NCBI GenBank assembly: GCA_947625185.1
Contig: CANQNJ010000003.1
Span: forward strand, 1-63,923
From: an uncultured Clostridia bacterium
GTDB lineage: Bacteria > Bacillota > Clostridia > Christensenellales > CAG-314
DNA length: 63,923 nucleotides
Reading direction: 5' to 3'
In this document: positions 55,573 to 63,923 of the stretch, in pieces
Position numbering within the stretch: the stretch's first letter is position 1
How the letters are laid out: every line of letters begins with the position of its first letter
Notes under the pieces: model-generated
Told to the model about the DNA's origin: nothing
The model's input: the letters and a program-made list of their open reading frames with translations, nothing else
Database searches by the model: none
Program-made: the position numbers and the translations under genes

Positions 55573-56832
55573 TTACACAACCTCCTTTTTGCCGGTGACA
55601 TATTCAAAGATAAGGGACTTTTTGTAGGTTTCGAGGGTTTCGATCTGCGACTGTTTTTGCGAGATCAATTCGTCGATTTGCGCGCACTTTTCGTCGAGAT
55701 AGTCAGCGATTGCTTGTTGCTCGGGAAGAGGCGGAATTAAAATTAAAGTATTTCCAAGTGCCTCAGCGGGTAAATCCCACTGTCCCTCTCTAATCCCGCC
55801 TGATAACCTTCTAAATTCCGTCGTATATGTACGATTTCTCATTAAAAAGTGAAAATAGCGTTTATCTATCAATGCGTCTGAAAATTCATAGACATAATAT
55901 GCCGGACTGACTATGCCTTCGTAGTTGGAAACCGCGACAGAACCCTGCCACGCTTTCATTTTGTTCACGACAAAATCGCCAACTCGAACATAACGATAAT
56001 TTGATGTGTCCTCCGAAGTGACATTGAAATTATCGTCCCTGCTGTCCTTGGGAACTACTCCATAATCGCGATACAAAGACAATACTTGTTTCTCTGCTTG
56101 ATTTTTAATACCGCGCAATTGCAAATGATATTTAAATTTATGCACTTGCCAATGGGCGGGAACTTGAGGCATCCACCCAGCCCCGCTATCCTTCATGGGG
56201 ACATTCGGATCAAGGCCATGTGTGACGGCTTCGGTGATGACGGAACGCTTGTATTTCTCCAACGTGTCTATCTGCGCTTCAATATCCGCTTTCAAACCGT
56301 CAATTTTCTCGCACTCCTTATCCAAAAAATCCGCAATGCGCTGCTGCTCGTCAATCAGCGGAATCGGCATTCTCACATCAAACAAATCATCTTTTCCCAA
56401 ATTACTTCTTACACCGTCATCTCCAAGCGCATTGAAAATTTGATTTTTCCAAAGCACATAAAAGTACTTTTCGGCATAGCGGGGAGACATACCCTTCTCT
56501 GCTCGCAAAATAATGTATGTGGGCGAAACAATTCCCGTAAAGGGGGACAAGCCCACACGACTCGTCGAAACGTTCTGTAAATCTATCAATTTGAAAACCA
56601 ATTCATCTTTGCGGAGAATTTGGTATGTTTCAAATTTATCGGGTTGTAAACCTGTATTGTCGTCTTTCGAGCGCTTCACCACATTTTGCATCGTCAAAGC
56701 AAGCCGGTCATAATCATCACAATAACAGCCGACGATTTCCTTTTTATAGCGGAATTTATGCTTGACTTTTACGACTTCCCACGTTTCGGGAATCTCGCCC
56801 ACCCATTCAATTTTGCTGTCTTTCATATTCAA
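55573..56832 (-). CDS. hsdS: Type I restriction-modification specificity subunit
   Basis: Two target-recognition domains are each followed by a conserved helix (LIDEQQRIADFLDKECEKIDGL...LEKYKRSVITEAVT and LPEQQAIADYLDEKCAQIDEL...LETYKKSLIFEYVTGK). Confidence 0.9.
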   Translation of the reverse strand: MNMKDSKIEWVGEIPETWEVVKVKHKFRYKKEIVGCYCDDYDRLALTMQNVVKRSKDDNTGLQPDKFETYQILRKDELVFKLIDLQNVSTSRVGLSPFTGIVSPTYIILRAEKGMSPRYAEKYFYVLWKNQIFNALGDDGVRSNLGKDDLFDVRMPIPLIDEQQRIADFLDKECEKIDGLKADIEAQIDTLEKYKRSVITEAVTHGLDPNVPMKDSGAGWMPQVPAHWQVHKFKYHLQLRGIKNQAEKQVLSLYRDYGVVPKDSRDDNFNVTSEDTSNYRYVRVGDFVVNKMKAWQGSVAVSNYEGIVSPAYYVYEFSDALIDKRYFHFLMRNRTYTTEFRRLSGGIREGQWDLPAEALGNTLILIPPLPEQQAIADYLDEKCAQIDELISQKQSQIETLETYKKSLIFEYVTGKKEVV

Positions 56833-56841
56833 AATCTATCC

Positions 56842-58404
56842 TTAATCAAACAAACTTATCATTTCCTCAAGTAGTAGTTTGAGATTCTCAAAGACAACTT
56901 CCAACGTCTGCGACTCTAAACTACATAAATAGTCACAGCACCCCATCTTATCAAATTCTTCAAACTCTTGCTTCTCTCCATACTTACCCTTTTTTGCTTT
57001 TTTGTTATAGAAATGAGAAATATCTATATCATCTAAAATAAGAGCATTCTCTATTCCTACATCTATCCCCTTAGAATTTTTTTGTTCTGCTATATGGCGA
57101 ATATAAAGGTTGCCCACATTTTCATCTTTTTTGTTTGTATCACTATCATATAACAATATTATTTTTATTTGCAAGTCCTGCGAAAGTAAAAATTGATATG
57201 CTTGATTCAATGCAGTACAACCTGTATTTTCTTCTTGTCCATTTTTATTAAAATGACCTATCCATTTCACTTCAAAGGGCAAATTCAATCCATATACTTC
57301 AGCCGCACGTTTAATATATTTTTCATCTGTTCTTCCTTCTACATATAAAATTGGTGTAGTGGTTGAAAAATCATATACATTGAACGCGTCCTCAACGGCC
57401 TTTGTGCTTTCACAGGAATAATATTCCGGATTGTCTTCAACCACAATTCTTCCGTCATCACTTTTCTTCAAAACGATAACCTTGTCATTGTATCGATTAT
57501 TGCTATGAATGATAAACGGCGAATGCGTTACGGCAAAAATTTGCGAAGTTTGCTGACCTTTTTCATTCGTAAAAATTTTCTTATAGTAATTCAATATCTT
57601 CTTTTGCCACTCGGGATGCAAGCTGATTTCGGGCTCATCAAGTAACACCAATGCGCCCATCAATGCATTTTTATCTTTAAGTAAATAGCCCCCGCGATAT
57701 ACTATTTGTTTTTCGCCCGAGCTTAGCATGTTCAAATAAATCTTGTGTCCATATATGTCATTAAAATAAACTGATTTTTGCGCTGAGTTATTATCAACGC
57801 CACCCCAAGTTAGTTTTTTACCAAACATATAATCATAAGCACTTATGAATCTTAATATCCTTTTATCAGTAGGGATTTTGTCTATCGGTCGACCTACACG
57901 TCTTGCTTCCCTTACCTCAGATGTAAACTCATTTGAATCCATATTTTGAATGTCTATAAGCAACTGTTCAATTTCTCTCGCCAAATTCGCGTTTGATTTA
58001 CGAGACTCATTATTTTGATCTATATCTAATGCGGTCACGGTATTTATCATACGATCTTTTCTATAATTAATATCTACATCGGAAAAGATAGCATTGGGTA
58101 TATACTGAAACCCTCCAAAATCTATTGTACTGCCGCCATGTATATTGATTTCTTTACAGAATGTGCCCCTCTGAGAATCTATTAGTATGTCCGCTTCATA
58201 TCGCCCGGCCGATATAGGATCATAGTCTCCGAAAACCGCATAAATCATGTTTAATAGTGTTGATTTCCCAGCGCCATTTTCTCCTGCTATGATTATAGTA
58301 TCAACAGGATTTCCGTTCTTGTCAGTAAAGTCAAACTCCATGTCTCCAAAAAGATAATGATTATTGCATCTTAATTTCAATAATCTTGCGCCAAGTACCT
58401 CCAT
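56842..58404 (-). CDS. ABC-type ATPase fused to a TOPRIM/DUF4435-like nuclease domain (OLD-family, fused RloA-RloB or PARIS-like), embedded between hsdM and hsdS
   Basis: It has Walker A GENGAGKST, signature-like LSSGEKQ, Walker B LVLLDEPE and H-loop VTHSP. The C-terminal ILYVEGRTDEKY and LLYDSDT are TOPRIM-type acidic motifs. RBS GGAGG lies 8 nt upstream of ATG 58404, inside the hsdM 3' end. Confidence 0.75.
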   Translation of the reverse strand: MEVLGARLLKLRCNNHYLFGDMEFDFTDKNGNPVDTIIIAGENGAGKSTLLNMIYAVFGDYDPISAGRYEADILIDSQRGTFCKEINIHGGSTIDFGGFQYIPNAIFSDVDINYRKDRMINTVTALDIDQNNESRKSNANLAREIEQLLIDIQNMDSNEFTSEVREARRVGRPIDKIPTDKRILRFISAYDYMFGKKLTWGGVDNNSAQKSVYFNDIYGHKIYLNMLSSGEKQIVYRGGYLLKDKNALMGALVLLDEPEISLHPEWQKKILNYYKKIFTNEKGQQTSQIFAVTHSPFIIHSNNRYNDKVIVLKKSDDGRIVVEDNPEYYSCESTKAVEDAFNVYDFSTTTPILYVEGRTDEKYIKRAAEVYGLNLPFEVKWIGHFNKNGQEENTGCTALNQAYQFLLSQDLQIKIILLYDSDTNKKDENVGNLYIRHIAEQKNSKGIDVGIENALILDDIDISHFYNKKAKKGKYGEKQEFEEFDKMGCCDYLCSLESQTLEVVFENLKLLLEEMISLFD

Positions 58405-58405
58405 T

Positions 58406-60494
58406 TTATTTACCTCCGAACAGTTTTTCGATCCCTTCGCTGACGCTTCTTTCAAGCTCCATGAATTTTGCGGCAAGCTCGTCGCTCGGTTGCGGCTTTT
58501 GATATTTGTAGAAATAACGTGTGAACGGGATTTCCGCGCCGACCTTTATCACAGGCTTCTTTGCGCTCAAGTTCTCCTCAAAAAACGCCACCGCGTCCGG
58601 GACATATGGCAACACTTCACGCGCCATATAATCGTCAATATCTTCCTCGTATTTAACAATTTCGGTGTTCTTTGTTTCTTTGTCGTAAATGACGTTGCCC
58701 TTCTTGTCCTTTTGGATCTCGGCAGACTTGTCCATAATGGAAAGTCCGTTGGCTATTTTCTCAAGCAACTTTTTATCTACATCCAAAATAGTGGCAAGGT
58801 ATTCGAGGAAAGGTGCAGGAGAAAAAAAACACCTTGTCTGAAATATTGGCGCGGAGTTTTGCCAAAATCGCGTCGTACAACGGTTTGTTGTCGGAAAACT
58901 TTTCGAGCGTCTTTTTGTCCTTGTCGGTGATGGCTACGCCCATATTTTCAAGTTCTGCGACCTTCCCCTCATCATAAATCGAATTCAGCGCGCCTTTCAT
59001 CAACATTTGCTCGATGCGCTCCTCGGTGATTGCATAGCTGCGTTGCAATGGCTGATATACCGCATATTCGCGATAGAGGAATTTTTCATTCTTGAATATC
59101 TTGCAATATTCGTTTTCAACAAAATCGGCATAGAGATGCGTCACCGACTTTCTGTCTTCGGGCGCGATCTCATTCTTTTTGTTGCCGACTGCCTTGCGGA
59201 GCTTGTGATAAAATGTTTCGGCATTGATGAGTTGGATCTTGCCCCTCCTCTCTGCGCGTTTATTCTTTGATATTATCCACACATAGGTCTGAATGCCTGT
59301 GTTGTAGAAAAGGTCGGTGGGCAGCGCAATGATCGCCTCGATAAGATCGCTTTCCAAAAGCCAACGACGAATCTGACTCTCTCCCGATCCCGTATCTCCG
59401 TTGAACAGCGGCGACCCGTTTTCAATGATAGCCGCTCTGCCGTTCTTTTCGTCCAACTTATCGACAGCCGATTGCAAAAAGATCATTTGCGAATCGCCGC
59501 CGCTCGGAAGTCCATGTCCCCAACGTCCTATTTCTCCGCGTTCGTATTCGTCGCGGACCGCTTTTTCCTGCCCCTCTTTTACATGCTCGCCAGACCACGG
59601 CGTGCCAAAAGGAGGATTTTCAATCACAAAGCGCATGCGAATATCGCTGAAACAGTCCGTCTTGAAGGTGTCAATGTGCATGAAGTTTTCCGCATTCTGC
59701 CCTTTTATCAACATCTCCGCAAGCCCAACCGCATAGGAAACACCCATCAGTTCTTGCCCGAACAACCTTACATCTGCCGTAGGATTGTAGTGTTTGATAT
59801 AGTTGTAAGCGGTTGAAAGCATGCCGCCCGTTCCGCAAGCCTGATCGCATACGGTTATGACCTTCCCATCGGCGAAAATGTCGTCGCACCCTTCCGCCAT
59901 GAGGATCTCGACAAGCAGCTTTATAATGTCCCTGCCCGTATAATATTGTCCAGCGTCAACATTTTGGAAAAATCTGCCGATAAGATTTTCAAATATGTAG
60001 CCCATGCGGATGCTGTCAAACTTTTCAATGCTCACATCAAGCTCCGAAAACGCTTTGACAACAGTATATAGACACCCGTCTTTGTTCATTTTGTCAATAT
60101 GCTTTGTGAGTTCAAGTTCATTCAAAATGCTTTGCACATTTGAAGAAAAACCATTGATATAGGACTTGAAATTTTCGGCAATGTTGTCGGAATCATTGCA
60201 TAGCTCCGCAAGCGTATAATTACTTGTACAATAAAATTGATACCCCGATTTGCGACAAAGCGCTTTGGGAGGAAGACTCGGATTCTTATTATACTCAGAA
60301 ACAACTTTTGCCTTTGTCTTTTCAAGAGCGCACTCAAAACGCCGAATGATAGTCATCGGAATAATTACATCGCCATACTTATCGGGCATATATGAGCCGC
60401 GCAACTTGTTTGCGATGGACCAAATAAAGTTGGCTTCCTGCGTTATGTCGATGGGACTGTCATCCCACATTGTGTCTAAAATCTTGTTTGGCAT
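58406..60494 (-). pseudogene. hsdM: Type I R-M methyltransferase subunit, interrupted by a frameshift in a T8 tract
   Basis: ORF 58773..60494 carries the HsdM N-domain, DQACGTGGML (motif I) and ENPPFG (motif IV), and ends in out-of-frame junk (FFFSCTFPRIPCHYFGCR*). ORF 58406..58786 encodes the typical C-terminal EIPFTRYFYKY tail. Removing one T from the T8 run joins them (..ISDKVFFSPAPFLEYLATILDVDKKLLEK..) into about 695 aa. Confidence 0.85.
58822..58829 (-). repeat. Homopolymeric tract at the hsdM frameshift (A8 on plus, T8 on the coding strand)
   Basis: gagAAAAAAAAcacc was counted directly. Confidence 0.95.
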
Positions 60495-60540
60495 ATTCGC
60501 TCCTGCAATGAGATTTTTCGCTTATAATAAACCATTTTGA

Positions 60541-60569
60541 ATTTTATCATTTTTTCGCATAAAAGTCAA
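60541..60569 (-). promoter_or_regulatory. Candidate promoter of the hsdM operon
   Basis: The minus strand reads TTGACT (60569-60564), a 17-nt spacer ending in TGa, then TAAAAT (60546-60541). RBS AGGAG precedes ATG 60494. Confidence 0.55.
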
Positions 60570-60890
60570 TTATTAAACATAATGCGACAAGACTCAAGCA
60601 AGTAATCTATGAACGCTACAACGAATATGATCTTACGCTTCTAACTCTGACATAAAATTATCTGTTGACCTAATTTTTGCTATTAAGAATACGATCACTT
60701 TCTATCATTAACTATACCCATTCGCCTCGTCTTGAAATAGCTCCATTCACGATTATTTTTGCAACAAAATAATCTCTTCCCTCCCAAAGCGGGTTTCCCG
60801 CTTGTAGAGTGTCGAAAGTGCGTTGTGGCACTTTCCTTATCCTGCCTCCCCATTTTTGGCAATTTGCCACAGATTTTGCATGTATTAAAT

Positions 60891-61200
60891 AAAATTTTTT
60901 TTATTTTAGACCCTTCGGTTTTGCCTCAAAATCGCTCTTCTTATTAGAGGGGTGTTGAACGGCAGAATTCTCGACGGAGGAGTCGCTGGAGCGCGGCAAA
61001 AAAATTTTTTTGAAGAATTTTGCGTTTAGCCCCTTCGGTTTTGCCCGAAAAACGCCCCTTTAAGTGAGGGGTATGTACGACAGCAAGCATGGCGCGGTGG
61101 CACTTACAACCTTCGAAGAAAAATTTTTTGAAAAATTTTCAATTTAGGGGGTACGATTTTGCCAAAAAATCGCCCTTTTAAGTGAAGGGATATAAAGGAG
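60891..61200 (+). repeat. Three tandem degenerate ~110-120-nt direct repeats (leader-like units)
   Basis: The three units start at about 60891, 60999 and 61119. Each reads A/T-run, TTTAG(A/C/G)CCC.., TTTTGCC..AAAA.CGC(C)C.T.TTAAGTGA(G/A)GGG. The third ends in AAAGGAGG and a 4-codon ORF (MNTS*). Confidence 0.7.
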
Positions 61201-61319
61201 GAAATGTTATGAACACATCGTAATAACGTAAGCAAAGACGACCAACGAGGCAATCCTGTAGCGAGCAAACGGAAAGCAAAAGTGGGACGATTTTCGGAAA
61301 AGTAAGAGGCAGGATAAGG

Positions 61320-61350
61320 GAATTGCATTTTTTGGTGCAAAATGCAATTC
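61320..61350. repeat. Perfect 12-bp inverted repeat
   Basis: GAATTGCATTTT (61320-61331), a 7-nt loop, then AAAATGCAATTC (61339-61350). Confidence 0.85.
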
Positions 61351-61512
61351 CGCGTCCTCCCCGCCGAGCGGGGAAATGGGAAGCTGGAAACACGCCTCCC
61401 CGTGTGTTCTCATTCGGACTTAATTTTGCCTGTAGCCCTTGACTCTTTGGCTGAAATGGAGTAAAATGTATGTGTCGTATGAATACGATTGATATATTTT
61501 ACGGAGGTTATT

Positions 61513-61800
61513 ATGGAAAAGAAACCGAGATCTGTCAAGGACAAGCGTTATGAGGAAAAGCACAAAGCAGAACGCAAAGCGAAAAACGCCACTTGGGGGA
61601 CAAGCGTTCCCCGCGAGAAGGCAGAACAGATAAACGCTTTTCTCGAAAGATATGGCTATACCAAAGTCCAACTCATAGAAGCAGGCTATAAGGCTTTGTT
61701 GGACGATGCCGCCGAACATAATCTTTCGCTCGGTAGGATTATGGACGGCTATGATGACTTCTTCCCTTCTGAATTGGAGGCGATGAAGAAAACCGAGTAA
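61513..61800 (+). CDS. Small basic hypothetical protein (95 aa), mobile-element associated
   Basis: RBS GGAGG lies 5 nt upstream of ATG 61513, giving MEKKPRSVKDKRYEEKHKAERKAKNATWGTSVPREKAEQINAFLERYGYTKVQLIEAGY. I recall similar small proteins next to large serine recombinases but cannot name the family with confidence. Confidence 0.55.
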   Translation: MEKKPRSVKDKRYEEKHKAERKAKNATWGTSVPREKAEQINAFLERYGYTKVQLIEAGYKALLDDAAEHNLSLGRIMDGYDDFFPSELEAMKKTE

Positions 61801-62138
61801 CGAAACAGGGTTCCCGAAAAAGATTTGCGTAGCAAAGATTTTTTGGGAAGAGGAGCGGCAAGTCGAAAATAGCAGCCGCGAAATGAAAATGAGCGGCGGG
61901 TGCAAAGACTTTGCAGCGACGAAAGGAGGAAATGCGATGGAAAGAGGACATAGTATTCAGCGCTATAAGGGCGAGGGATATTCCAAGCGCTCGAATAAGA
62001 ATACTTGAACAACAAACAATTCAGTTATCAAAAAGAAATCGGAAACATAATTTACACAATAATTGTAAGAGAAAGCGAAACCGCAAAGGAAACGGTTTTG
62101 AAGAAGCTCGAAAGAGCGATCATTAGGGACTCGCTTGA

Positions 62139-63824
<1,686 letters not shown>

Positions 63825-63923
63825 CCTTCGGAAATGCCAACAAATAGGTTCTATAATAAATGTTGGGGTGTGAGTAAAAAAAGATAGAGCAAAGACTCTT
63901 TTTCAGTGTATAATTGAATTGCG

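Noticed and set aside
55573-56832. Invertible hsdS shufflon driven by the nearby recombinase
   Set aside because: There is only one hsdS gene, and no silent hsdS' copies or inverted hsdS repeats. The recombinase is a large serine integrase more than 5 kb away, not an adjacent tyrosine invertase.
56842-58404. Gabija (GajA) assignment for the ATPase-TOPRIM gene
   Set aside because: No GajB-like UvrD helicase gene is adjacent. The neighbours are hsdM and hsdS.

Overview
63.9-kb chromosomal window that looks like a Bacillota (Clostridia-like) genome: sigH, mini-RNase III, rqcP/yabO, rplU-prp-rpmA and dnaX-ybaB-recR synteny are all present. I support about 55 protein genes, nearly all on the minus strand. 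I recognised no rRNA, tRNA or CRISPR array. Core content: pgk-tpiA-gpmI, ispDF, dnaX-ybaB-recR-rqcP, mrnC-rlmB-sigH, rplU-prp-rpmA, ogg, rsmI, a tRNA methyltransferase, a ferredoxin missing from the ORF track, ClC, nrdR, purC, a GH95-like hydrolase and pdp. Accessory content, in order of interest: (1) An AT-rich island at about 50.4-63.9 kb holds a tightly packed type I R-M operon with two extra embedded genes, an ABC-ATPase/TOPRIM protein between hsdM and hsdS and a TIR-domain protein between hsdS and hsdR. rhuM follows the operon and a large serine recombinase flanks it. This is my best candidate for an undescribed guard-type defence system. (2) hsdM is split by a frameshift in a T8 tract, and a giant lipoprotein gene is split by a frameshift in a G8 tract. 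Both could be phase variation or homopolymer sequencing error. (3) Three paralogous, very acidic giant surface lipoproteins carry InlB-B-type repeats followed by a dozen uncharacterised modules. (4) Two adjacent surface-protein genes share a 279-bp Cys-rich module at about 97 percent nucleotide identity. (5) A modular family of hairpin-rich repeats fills at least six intergenic regions in both orientations, with compensatory stem changes. All calls come from reading the sequence and from remembered family motifs. No database search was run.
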